Below are positions 13,540-25,044 of a stretch of DNA of 64,000 nt, piece by piece. This stretch comes from Mobula hypostoma. Lineage: Eukaryota. The notes under the pieces are model-generated. The model saw only the letters and a list, made by a program, of their open reading frames with translations. It searched no databases and was not told the origin of the DNA. The position numbers were made by a program, and so were the translations under genes. Location: the NCBI RefSeq assembly GCF_963921235.1, contig NC_086108.1:2480001-2544000 (forward strand), written 5' to 3'. The stretch's first letter is position 1. Each line of letters opens with the position of its first letter.

Positions 13540-13722
13540 ACTCAGGCAGCATCTATGGACAACAGAAAACAGTCAACGTTTTAGGCTGAGTTCCTTCAGC
13601 AGGAGCCCTGATGAAGGGTCTCTGCCTGAAACATCAATTGTTTACGCTTTTCCATAGATGTTGCTTGGCTGACTGAGTTCCTTCAGCAATTTGATGTCCA
13701 GCATCTACAGATTTTCTCATGT
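13540..13722. mobile_element. Fold-back PLE terminal-repeat insertion with back-to-back hammerhead cores
   Basis: + strand ctgatgaagggtctctgcctgaaac and a degenerate inverse copy just upstream. 15-bp TSD tagtgag(t/a)cccatct at 13525-13539 and 13723-13737. Confidence 0.8.
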
Positions 13723-13956
13723 TAGTGAGACCCATCTGCCTGTCTAGATGTATTGCCTGACTCAGTCCATGACAGGCTTTTTGTTTGGCTCATCCCCCAT
13801 GTCCTAGCTTCTCTAGACCATAGAAATGATTTCTCCCCATTTACCCAAGCATTCCCACTTCAGCTTCAATTAAAATACCCCATGGCTTTTGACATTCCCA
13901 AGAAGAGAATCGTAGACAGATGCACTATTGAAAATGGGGCCCTCCTACCTACTGAG

Positions 13957-14802
13957 TCAAAGATTCAAAGTACATTTATTATCAAAGTATGTATACAGAA
14001 TACAACTCCGAGATTCGTCCTCCCGCAAACAGCCACAAAACAAAGAAACATCATGAAACCTGTTCAAGAAAACATCAAACACCCAACAGGAAAAAAGATC
14101 AAATTGTGCAAATGATAAAAAGCAGCGAACCGCACACAGAATATCAAACATCAAACCAGTAGTATTCAGGGTAGTGTAGTTCAGTTCAGCACCACACTGC
14201 TAGCCGATGCAGGCTACAGAGCCATTCTTTGCTGAAGTGCCTTAGTTCACTTCAATCGCCCCGATCAAACCACTCAAAAACAGCAAAAAAAAAGCAACCA
14301 GCATACAGAGATGCATGCAACACGAACCTCAAAGTCCCCTAAGACGAGTCCTGGGTCTTTGCCAATCAATCCTGGCAACGTAGATCCCAAGACTGCTGCA
14401 CTTTGCTCTGACAAAAGCTAGTGAGAGAGAAAGACTAGTCAAATGCAAGCAGAAGGCATTGAACACCTGCCTGTCCTCATTGACTTCACCCTTGCTCGAT
14501 GCCTTCGCTGGCGAGAAGCAATGGAGTCGATCACGGGCGTACCCCCTCGATGTTTCTTGCTGATTGAGGCAATGGGTCAATCATGGGCTCCAGGCTTCCA
14601 GCACTCACCAAACTCCCTCAGAGACAGCAAAGCACCAGACCACTCAGTCAGCCCAAAACCACACCATCGAAATATAAATCGCAGCTTCCACTGACATGCA
14701 GCTTAATAGCAGAATCATATTTGAAAGAAGAAGTAGTAAAAGCAGTAGTTTCGTAAGCAGGACATTGCTGTTGATCGTATTGTTCGCTGGCGCCATCTTG
14801 AG
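13957..14802 (-). mobile_element. Non-coding dispersed element (5' caagatggcgcc, 3' aataaatgtactttga tail), same family as the host of the 51-bp minisatellite
   Basis: Shares blocks with 2430-2560 and 3690-3890, e.g. gatcccaagact, aactccc(c)tcagagacagcaaa, catgcagctta.tagcagaatcatattt, ttcgctggcgcca. Similar tails occur near 4070, 18670, 56085 and 57090. Confidence 0.7.
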
Positions 14803-17724
14803 TCTGCACTGATCGTCGGCCATCTATTTGCACTAAACCAAAATGATTTTTATTCTCAGTACATTCCCATTGACTTAGATTATTATCACTCACTTACAAA
14901 CAAGAGACAATTTATAACAGCCAATTAACTGTCCAACCGGCAGAATGATAAGAAATCCACACCGTCACAGAGAGCATGCAGACTCCACACAGATGATACC
15001 CAAGGTCAGGATTGACTACCTCTGCTGCTGAATCAGAATCAGGTTTAATATCACTGGCGTACATCATGAAACTTCTTGTTTTGCAGTAGCAGGATAATGA
15101 AATACATAATTTTTTTTAGATTATGAGAACACTCAGTCCTCTTTTATTGTCATTTAGAAATGCATACATGCATTAAGAAATGATACAATGTTTCTTCGGA
15201 GTGATATCACAGAAAACAGGACAAACCAAAGACTAACACTGACAGAACCACATAATTATAACATATAGTTACAGCTGTGCAAAGCAATACCATAATTTGA
15301 TGAAGAACAAATCATGGGCACGGTAAATAAAGTCTCAAAAGTCCCCAAGTCGATCGAGTCCCCGGTAGCAGGCGGCAGAAGTCTATGCATATATGTGTGT
15401 GTGTGTGTGTGATGGACGTTGCCTTTCTAAGGCATCACTTCTGGAGGCTGTCCTGGATGCTATGGAAGCTAGTACCCATGATGGAGCTGACTAAGTTTAC
15501 AACTCTCTGCAGCTTACTTGGACCTTGTGCAGTGCCCCCCACCCCCACCCCCCCCCCCCATTCCAGGCAGTGATGCAGCCCGTTGCAATCCTCTCCACAG
15601 TACATCTGTAGAAATAAGTAATGCAAAAAGAGAGGGGGTGAGATACTGAGATAGTGTTCATGGGATCATTGTCCATTCATAAATGAATGGTGGAGGGGAA
15701 GAAGCTGTCCCTGAATCGTTGAGTGCCTGACTTGAGGTTTCTGTACCACCATCTTGATGGTAGCGATGAGAAGAGGGCATGTCTAGGGTAGTGGGGGTAA
15801 AGAAGGATACAGCCTTTTTGAGGCATCGGCTTTTGTGACTGCCCCATCACCTGAATGTTTATAATCTCTCGTAGTTTAACCCTTGGCATATAGGGATCAT
15901 TCTTCTAAATGTATGCAGTTATTTCTTCAAAGATGTTCTATCCTTCACCGAATTGTGTCCTCCAGGTATAGCTACCTGGGATTTTGAGTCACTGTGACAT
16001 CACCCACTTTTACGTTCATGAGATCAGACACAGGAGCAGAGTTGGGCCATTTGGCCCATCGAGTGTGCTCTGCCATTCCATCATGGCTGATTTATTATCT
16101 CCATTCTCCTACATTCTCCCCTAACCTTTGACATCCTGACTAAGCAAGAACCTATTGACTTCCGCTTTGATAATTTAGTTTTTTAAGCCAAAGATGCTGT
16201 ATGGGTCCATTAGCAGCCTGAGCATTAGAAGCTAAGGAAGGAAATGAGTTGCAGTTTTGCTTCAAATTGTAGGGCATAGAACATCACTCTCAAGAGCGGT
16301 CCCTTCAGCCCACAATGTCTGTGCTGTCTAATGTCAATTTGACCTCCATCTCCTGTCCATTTGTATTGACACTCCTATTCTAAGGCTCTCCTTCTATCCA
16401 CTAGCCTGCAGGTCACCCTTGGGTAAGGTGTAGCACCTGCTTAGCCCCGCCACCACCGATCAGAGTCACGTGAGGCTATGAGGGCAGGTGGTACATATCA
16501 CGCGTCCTGGTTATCTGATCAGTAGCGCCAGGCAGAATCTCTGAAGAATATTGATAATGACTGGGGGTCACCCATCTTGTAAAGACACTGTCCAGAAGAA
16601 GGCAATGGCAAACACTTCAACAGAAAAATTTGCCAGGAGCAATCATGGTCTTGGAAAGCCCAGGATTGCAAACGTCACACGAAATGAACCACAGTCCAGT
16701 TTATTATCATCAGCATTTCTCAGCGGCAGTACAATGCAATACATGAGAATATAGAAATAAATAAATTACAGTAAGTATATGTGTATTACATAGATTAAAA
16801 ATAGTGCAAAAATAGAAATATATTAAAAATTGAGGTGGTGTTCATGGGTTCATTATCCATTTAGAAATTATACGGCAGAGGGGAATTGCACCAGGGACTT
16901 GATTGATTTGGCTTGTCACAACAATTCATGTCCTCATCATTCAGTGGCATTGTGGGGGAAATTAGACCAAGTTGTTCCAGGAACAGCAATTGGGCTCTCC
17001 TGATCCATTAAGATCAACCTCTTTCAAACAACCTGCCACACATAACTTTCTAAATCCCCTCTAGTACTGAACCACAGTTCTTCCACACAAACTATCTCCA
17101 ACTGATTCTCGTCTTGACCCTTTATCACATGCCTGGGCAGTGTTTGGTAGAATTGCAGAATGATGTTACAGACTGCTTGTTCTACTCCCCATTAAGGAGG
17201 AGGCTACGTAGCACCCACGCCAGGACCAACAGACTTTAAACCCCAGTAAGGCTGATCAACACCTCCACCCACTAACCCATTCCTCCACACCTGCAACCAC
17301 CACTACTTTATCAGCTCCTGTCAGAGTCACCGAATGTACAGACACTCTTGAGCCTACCGTCACATTATGGACATACAATCATTCTATATATCTTTGATAA
17401 TTTGTATCTCTCTGAAGAAATAATCCTTATGAGAAAAGACTAAATTAATCTTGGTTATTATTCTAATTGGTCTGTTGACATTTTTAATTTTATTTAGAGA
17501 CATAGCGAGTTAACCCTGAGTCCGCCCACCTCCAGAGCCACAAAATCCCGGAACCCTGAAGGTGCGCTAGTCTTCTAGGCCGCGTCCTTGGTATATCGAA
17601 GTCAGCGTGTAAGTCCAGGTCAAGGTCTTCAAAAGAACCCTGAAAGGGGAAAATAGAAATAGAGCTGTTTCCGAAGATGCAAGCTAAGAGTCGCTGTTAG
17701 GTGCCATCGTCCTTCTGAGCTCCT

Positions 17725-18323
17725 TCCTAAGTTGCATGTGTTCGTGTTCAAAAAATGATGATTTTTGTCACTGATAGTTGGCAAGAAATAAGCCATAAGA
17801 CAATTCAGAACTGTTTTGCTCACTGCGGTTTCAAGCATTCAAGCTTGGAGATGCCAGAAAATTCTGGAAATGAAAATGAAACTATTTCATTACATCAACA
17901 AGTTAAGAACAATGATGAATTTGAATGTAACAATAATCATCTTGAATGTTACAATGAAAGTGAAGATTTGGAAGGATGCAGTTGTCAAAAGCATTGTATG
18001 AAGGCAATCCATATCTGCATTGATTTTGTTCATTTAATGTAAAGTCTCTCAAATGAACACAGCAGTGTACACTGGAACAATTCCTTACTCAATAGCAATT
18101 AGGAACTAACACAGTTTTATAATACTGTAGTAGTATTGATAGTGTTCTAATTTGCTCTGTAGTTCATTTAGATGCATAATTCATTACTCAGTTAAATGGT
18201 AGTTTGTCTTTTTTTTAAATACCTTTTTAACTATTTCCATGGAACTTCAGCTAATTGTGGCAGTCATTTAATTGGGCCAAAATGTACTGGTCCTGATGTG
18301 TCCCAATTAACCGGAATCTACTG
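17725..18323 (+). mobile_element. Tigger/pogo-type DNA transposon 3' remnant
   Basis: DSWQEISHKTIQNCFAHCGF resembles a pogo/Tigger transposase C-terminus. It ends ...ccggaatctactg-TA. A second copy is at 49185-49944. Confidence 0.7.
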
Positions 18324-18664
18324 TATTACAAACCTCAAGGGGCCAAGAATTCAGCCCTGTGAAATCCCATTGATGACTACCTTTCAGTTGTCGAAGGAAC
18401 CATGAACTATTCTCCTTTGCTTCAATTTTGGATCCAGTTTGCCACATACCATTGGGTCCCAGAGACTTTTACATTTTTTACCCACCTTTGTCAAAAGTTT
18501 GCAAAGGTTCAAAAACTAAACTTTAAGAAAGCACTATTTGATGACCTGGGGCATTTAAAGGTTGCACACTTAGCACAATGACCAGTGTACTGTCCTCTCT
18601 GGCTTCGACTGAGGTGAAACTCATGATGTAAAAGACTTAACGATTTGTGTTGTTGGAGGTATAG

Positions 18665-19220
18665 TTCAAAGTAAATACATTATCAAAGTACAATTATATC
18701 ACCATATACAACCCTGAGATTCATTTTCTTGTAGGAATACTCAATAAGTCTATAGAATAATAATCATTAAAAAAATCAATGAAAGATCACCAGAGTGCAG
18801 AAAACAACAAACTTGCAAATACAGAAGAAATAATAATACTAAGCATTAAATATCAAGAACATGAGATGAAGAGTCCTTGAAAGTAAGTTCTTTGGTTGTG
18901 GGAAAGTTTCAATGATGGGGCAAGTGAAGTTCCCTTTGGTTCAAGAGCCTGATGGCTGAGGGGTAATAACGGTTCCTGAACCTGGTGGTGTGAGTCCTGA
19001 GGCTCCTGTACCTTCTTCCTGATGGCAGCAGTGAGAAGAGAGCACATTCTGGATGGTGGCGGTCCCTGATGATGGATGCTGTTTTCATGCGACAGCATCC
19101 TATGTAGATGTGCTCAATGGTGGGGAGGGCTTTACCCATGATGGACAGGCTGTATCCACTACCTTTTGTAGGACTTTATGTTCAAGGGCATTTGTGTTTC
19201 CATATCAGGTTGTGATGCAC
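18665..19220 (-). mobile_element. Rex1/Babar-type LINE 3' fragment
   Basis: ORF 18909-19139 ASIIRD..HP..ALFSLLPSGRRYRSLRTHTTRFRN.YYPSAIRLLN, plus tail. Confidence 0.78.
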
Positions 19221-19317
19221 CCAGACTTCTCAGTTTTGGAGTGGAAGGTAGGGGGCACAGTATTTTTAAAAATGTATGTGAGACTAATGTTAATGTGATG
19301 TGTCTCATTCCTTGTAG

Positions 19318-19393
19318 GCAAGTGAGCAGGATATCCTGAAGGCTGTGATTAAATGGGCTGAACACCAACTGGCGAAACGTCTGTCTGATGAGG
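19318..19393 (+). CDS. BTBD7: BTBD7-like gene, internal coding exon (76 bp; ASEQDILKAVIKWAEHQLAKRLSDE + 1 nt)
   Basis: Acceptor ccttgtAG ends at 19317 and donor GTgagt starts at 19394. The peptide matches the BACK-region segment I recall from vertebrate BTBD7 (ASEQDILKYLIKWGEHQLMKRIADR). The phase-1 end joins the next exon in frame. Orthologue versus paralogue is not resolved. Confidence 0.9.
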
Positions 19394-19636
19394 GTGAGTT
19401 GTGTGCAGGAGTATTGAGAGAGGTGGAGACTCGCTAGCTACATGCATTGGTCTTTTCATACCAAATCTATAGAATCCATGATGGATCTACTGCACCTCTA
19501 TAGAATTGTATGTATCTGCCTTTCTTGACCCATTCTGCAATTACACCAGTTCCCCTTAATCCCAACCTTGGCAGATCTGCTCCATTACAGTTGTGTGTTT
19601 TTTTTTTGCCCAAGCTTTCAGTCAGCTGTACCAGTA

Positions 19637-20120
19637 CAGGTGTCCCCTGCTTTCCGAACGTTCTCTTTACGACATTTCGCTTTTACGAAAAAAGACACTC
19701 ACTTTAAATTTGTGTTTACCCTGAGAAAGACTACCATGACCATGAAGTCTTGCGTGGGCAAGTGTGTGCGTATGCGTGACATGCGAATGCGTGTACGTGC
19801 TAATGCGTGCTGATTTTTTTCAACAAATCGATTTTGGCTCAAACTTCCTGATTCTGTTAAGTGAAACTACACTGTACATACATTATTTCTATTTTATATA
19901 GGCTGTGTATTTATCATATCATTCCTGCTTTTACTGTATGTTAGTGTTATTTTAGGTTTTATGTGCTATTTGGTATGATTTGGTAGGTTATTTTTTGGGT
20001 CTGGGAACGCTCAAAAAATTTTCCCATATAAATTAATGGTAATTGCTTCTACACTTTACGCCATTTTGGCACGAATGGTTTCATAGGAATGCTCTACATT
20101 TGGATAGCAGGGGAAACCTG
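19637..20120. mobile_element. Tc1/mariner/Tigger-type MITE
   Basis: TIRs caggtgtcccctgct and agcaggggaaacctg, preceded by TA. Confidence 0.65.
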
Positions 20121-20199
20121 CATTAATTTGTGGCTGCATGTGAAATACCAGTGGTTATCTCGACTATACCTCTTCCCACTGTATCTCCTTTAAAAAAAA

Positions 20200-21295
20200 T
20201 GTAATTCCCTTTTCTCAGTTTCTTCGCCTCCTCCGCATTTCTTTCTGGGATGCGGCTTTCCAATCCAGGACATCAGAGATGTCCTCCTCCTTTTAAAGAA
20301 CAGGGTTTCCCTCCCTCTACTGTTGATGCTGCCCTTTCCGCTGCTGTAATAGTGATAAGAGTCCCTCTTGTCCTTACCTCCACATCCAACAGACTATCTC
20401 CCTCAACTTCTGCCATCTCCAAAGGGATCCTACCGCTAAACATGTCTTTACCTGCCCCCTTCTGCTTTCCACAGGGATTGCTCTTCGTAATTCCCTTGTC
20501 CATTCATTCCTCCCCACTAATCTCTGCCCGGCACTTATCCCTTTCAACTGGCCAAAGTGCTACAACTGCTCATTCAGCTCCTCTCTCACCTCCATTTAGG
20601 GCCCCAAACAGTCCTTCCAGGTGAGGCAACACTTCACCTTTGAAGCTGCTGGGATTGTCTATTGTGTCTGGTGCTCCCAATATGGCTTCCTCTGCGGTAG
20701 TAAAACCCATTATAAATAGGAGGACAGCTTCATCAAACACCTCTGCACCATCCGCCGCAAGCGGAACTTCCCAGTGGCCAAACATTTTAATTCCCATTCC
20801 CATTCTGACACATCAATCTATGGCCTCCTCCTCTGCCAAGATGAGGCCACCCTCAGGGTGGAGGAGCAACACCTTATATTCCATCTGGGTAGCCTCCAAC
20901 CTGATGGTATTCCTAAAGCTAAACAAATCTCCCAGTGCCCACCCACCTTCCTCTATTCCCCACTCTGACATTTCACTTCTTCCCCCTGGATCCCCCTCCT
21001 TCCCCTTCTCCTGTTGTCCACTCTCCTATCTTATCAGATTCCTTCTTCTCCAGCCCTTGACCTTTCCCACACACCTGGCTTCACCTATCACCTTCTGGCT
21101 AGCCTCTCTCCCCTTCCCCCAACCTTTTTATTCCGGCATCTTCCCCCTTCCTTCTCAGTGCTGAAGAAGGGTCTCTGCCTGAAACGTCAACTGTTTACTC
21201 TTTTCCAGAGATGCTGCCTGACCTGCTGAGTTCCTCCAGCGTTTTGTGTGGGTTGCCTTGGATTTCCAGCCTCTGCAGACTTTCTTGTGTTTGTG
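20200..21295 (+). mobile_element. Penelope-like element 3' fragment
   Basis: RVPLVLT, HFNSHSHS and LRVEEQHLIFHLGSLQPDG motifs. Tail has ctgaagaagggtctctgcctgaaac. Confidence 0.85.
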
Positions 21296-21354
21296 ATCTA
21301 TAGAACTGTATGCATCTGTCTTTCTCAGCCCAGTCTGCAATCCCATCGACCACC

Positions 21355-24300
21355 TCCCCTGGAGCAGAGGGCAGGGATTCAGATTCCTGGATCATTGGGA
21401 CCTTTTTTGGGGCAGGTGTGACCTGTACAAAAAGGACGGGTTGCACTTGAATCCCAAGGGGACCAATATCCTGACGGGGAGGTTTGCTAAGGCTATTGGA
21501 GGGAATTTAAACTAGAATTGCTGGGGGGTGGGAACTGAACTGAAGTGACGGAGGGAGTGGAGGTTGGCTCACATATAGAGAAAGCTTGGAGACAGTGTGA
21601 GAGGGAGGATAGGCAGGTGGTAGAGAAGAGTGCGCTCAGACCAATGATTTAAGATGTGTCTATTTTAATGCAAGGAGTATTATGAACAAAGTGGATGAGC
21701 TAGAGCGTGGATCAGTACTTGGAGCTATGATGTTGTGGCCATTACAGAGACTTGGATGGCCCAGGGGCAGGAATGGTTACTTTGAGTGCCAGGCTTTAGA
21801 TGTTTCAGAAAAGACAGGGAGGGAGGCAAACGAGGTGGGGGCGTGGCACTGCTGATCAGAGATAGTGTCACAGCTGCAGAAAAAGAGGAAGTCATGGAGG
21901 GGTTGTCTACGAAGTCTCTGTGGGTGGAAGTTAGGAACAGGAAAGGGTCAGTAACTTTACTGGGTGTTTTTTATAGACCACCCAATAGTAACAGGGATAT
22001 CGAGGAGCCGATAGGGAGACAGATTCTGGAAAGGTGTAATAATAACAGGGTTATTAACAGGGTGGGAGATTTTAATTTCCCAAATATCGATTGGCACATC
22101 CCTAGAGCAAGGGGTTTAGATGGGGTGGAGTTCGTTAGGTGTGTTTAAGAAGGTTTCTTGACACAATATGTAGATAAGACTACAAGGGGAGAGGCTGTAC
22201 TTGATCTAGTATTGGGAAATGAACCTGGTCAGGTGTCAGAGCTCTCAGTGGGAGAACATATTGCAGATAGTGATCACAATTCTATCTCCTTTACCAGAGC
22301 ATTGGAGAGGGATAGGAACAGACAAGTTAGGAAGACGTTTATTGGAGTTAGAGGAAATATGAGGCTATCAGGCAGGAACATGGAAGCAAAAATTGGAAAC
22401 AGATGTTCTCAGGGAGACGTACGGAAGAAAGGTGGCAAATGTTCAGAGTATATTTGCGTGGGGTTCTGCATAGGTATGTTCCAAAGAAACAGGGAAAGGA
22501 TGGTAGGGTACAGGAACTGTGGTGTCCGGAGGCTGTTGTAAATCTAGTCAAGAAGAAAAGAAGAGCTCACGAAAGGTTCAAAAAACTAGGTAATGATAGA
22601 GATCTGGAAGATAATAAGGCTAGCAAGAAGGAGCTCAAGAATGAAATTAGAAAGCTAGAAAAGGCCATGAGAAGGCCTTGGAGGACAGGATTAAGGAAAA
22701 CACCAAGGCATTACACAGGTATGTGAAGAGCAAGAAGGTAAGACGTGAGGGAAGAGGACCAATCAAGTGTGACAGTGGAAAAGTGTGTATGGAACCGGAG
22801 GAAATAGCGGAGGTACTTAATGAGTACTTTGCTTCAGCATTCACTGCAGAGGACGATCTTGGCAATTGTAGGGATGACTTACAACAGACTGAAAAGCTTG
22901 AACATGTAGATATTAAGGAAGAGGATGTGCTGGAGCTTTTGGAAAGCATCAAGTTGGATAAGTCACTGGGACCAGACGAGTTGTACCCCAGGCTACTGTG
23001 GGAGGCGAGTGAGGAGATTGCTGAGCCTCTGGCAGTGATCTTTGCATCATCGATGGGGACAGGAGAGGTTCTGGAGGATTGGAGGGTTGCGAATGTTGTT
23101 CCCTTATTCAAGAAAGGGCGTAGAGATAGCCCAGGAAATTATAAACCAGTGAGTCTTACTTCAGTGGTTGGTAAGTTGATAGAGAGGATCCTGACAGGCA
23201 GGATTTATGAACGTTTGGAGAGGCATAATCTGATTAGGGATAGTCAGCATGGCTTTGTCAAAGGCAGGTCGTGCCTTATGAGCCTGATTGAATTTTTTGA
23301 GGATGTGACTTAAACACATTGATGAAGGTAGAGCAGTAGATGTAGTGTATACGGATTTCAACAAGGCATTTGATAAGGTACCACGCGAGGCTTATTGAGA
23401 AAGTAAGGCGGTATGGGATCCAAGGGGACATTGCTTTGTGGATCCAGAACTGGCTTGCCCACAGAAGGCAAAGAGTGGTTGTAGATGGGTCATATTCTGC
23501 ATGGAGGTTGGTGACCAGTGGTGTGCCTCAGGGATCTGTTCTGGGACCCCTACTCTTCATGATTTTTATAAATGACCTGGATGAGGAAGTGGAGGGATGG
23601 GTTAGTAAATTTGCTGATGACAGAAAGGTTGGGGGTGTTGTGGATAGTGTGGAGGGCTGTCAGAGGTTACAGCAGGGCATTAATAGGATGCAAAACTAGG
23701 CTGAGAAGTGGCAAATGGAGTTCAACCCAGATTTTAGTAGGTCAATGATGATGGCAGAATATAGTATTAATGGTAAGACTCTTGACAGTGTGGAGGATCA
23801 GAGGGATCTTGGGGTCTGAGTCCATAGGACACTCAAAGCTGCTGCGCAGGTTGACTCTGTGGTTAAGAAGGCATACAGTGCTCAGGCCTTCGTCAATCGT
23901 GCGATTGAGTTTAACAGCCGAGAGGTAATGTTACAGCTATATAGGACCCTGGTCAGACCCCACTTGGAGTACTGTGCTCATTTCTGGTCGCCTCACTATA
24001 GGAAGGATGTGGAAACCATAGAGAGGGTGCAGAGGAGAATTACAAGGATTGTTGCCTGGTTTGGGAAGCATGCCTTGTGGGAATAGGTTGAGTGAACTCG
24101 GCCTTTTCTCCTTGGAGCGACAGAGGATGAGAGGTGACCTGATTAAGGTGTATAAGATGATGAGAGGCATTGATAGTGTGGATAGTGTGGCTTTTTCCCA
24201 GAGCTGAAATGGTTAGCACGAGAGGGCACAGTTTTAAGGTGCTTGGAAGTATGTACAGAGGAGATGTCAGGGGTAGGTTTTTTTACGTAGAGAGTGGTGA

Positions 24301-24452
24301 GAGTGTTTAATGGTCTACCGGCAACGATGGTGGAGTTGGAAACGATGGGGTCTTTTAAGAGACTCCTGGATAGGTACATGGAGCTTAGAAAAATAGAGGG
24401 TTTTGTGGGCTGAAAGGCCTGTATTCTGCTGTAGCATTTCTGTGTTTCTATG
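21355..24452 (+). mobile_element. CR1 LINE (ORF1 esterase C-terminus, ORF2, 3' UTR), degenerate
   Basis: GFRFLDHW..DGLHLN (esterase); FYRPPNS, GDFNFP and SDHN (APE); GVPQGSVLGPLLF and KFADD (RT). Confidence 0.93.
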
Positions 24453-24702
24453 TGAAAAACCTTGTGGTGTAATCAAGATCTTAATTAATAATTCAATGTG
24501 GAAATAATCTGATGGTCATTATCTACTTTGTATATAAAGTGTAGCAGTGAACAGTGAAGTACCACAGGATAAACTGCAGAACATTAACCACTTGGCACCA
24601 CATCATTGAGTTTGTTAAACATATCTGATAATCTCCTACAGATCTCCTCCTTGAAAACGGTGATTCAGGGCACAATTTGTGGCAGCTTTGACAATAGTGA
24701 TT

Positions 24703-24990
24703 CGGGGCCAGCTGGTGGCGCAAAGACATCAGCACCAGGCTCTGAAACGGAGGTTCCCAGGTTCGAACCCAGCCAGGTCCGCTCCTGAGTACGCTTTCCA
24801 TCCGTGCCAGGTTGAGTGTCGTGATTGCAACTCAACCTTGTAAAATAAAGGGAAAAATACTGCGAAATGTCTATGTGAGGAGTGGCGTGCTGCACAGTCT
24901 CTCTCCCTCACTGCATGCCTTGTAAAGGCATGAAAAAGACATCGTCGCGCCAACATCACGCACGCAGGCAGACGCACACGCCAAAAAAAA
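24703..24990 (+). mobile_element. tRNA-derived SINE
   Basis: A-box-like ggtggcgcaa, B-box ggttcgaaccc and an A-rich end. Confidence 0.55.
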
Positions 24991-25044
24991 GAAAATAGTG
25001 ATTCGACCACAATCTGTGGGAATTGGTGATGATATCTCCTCCTC

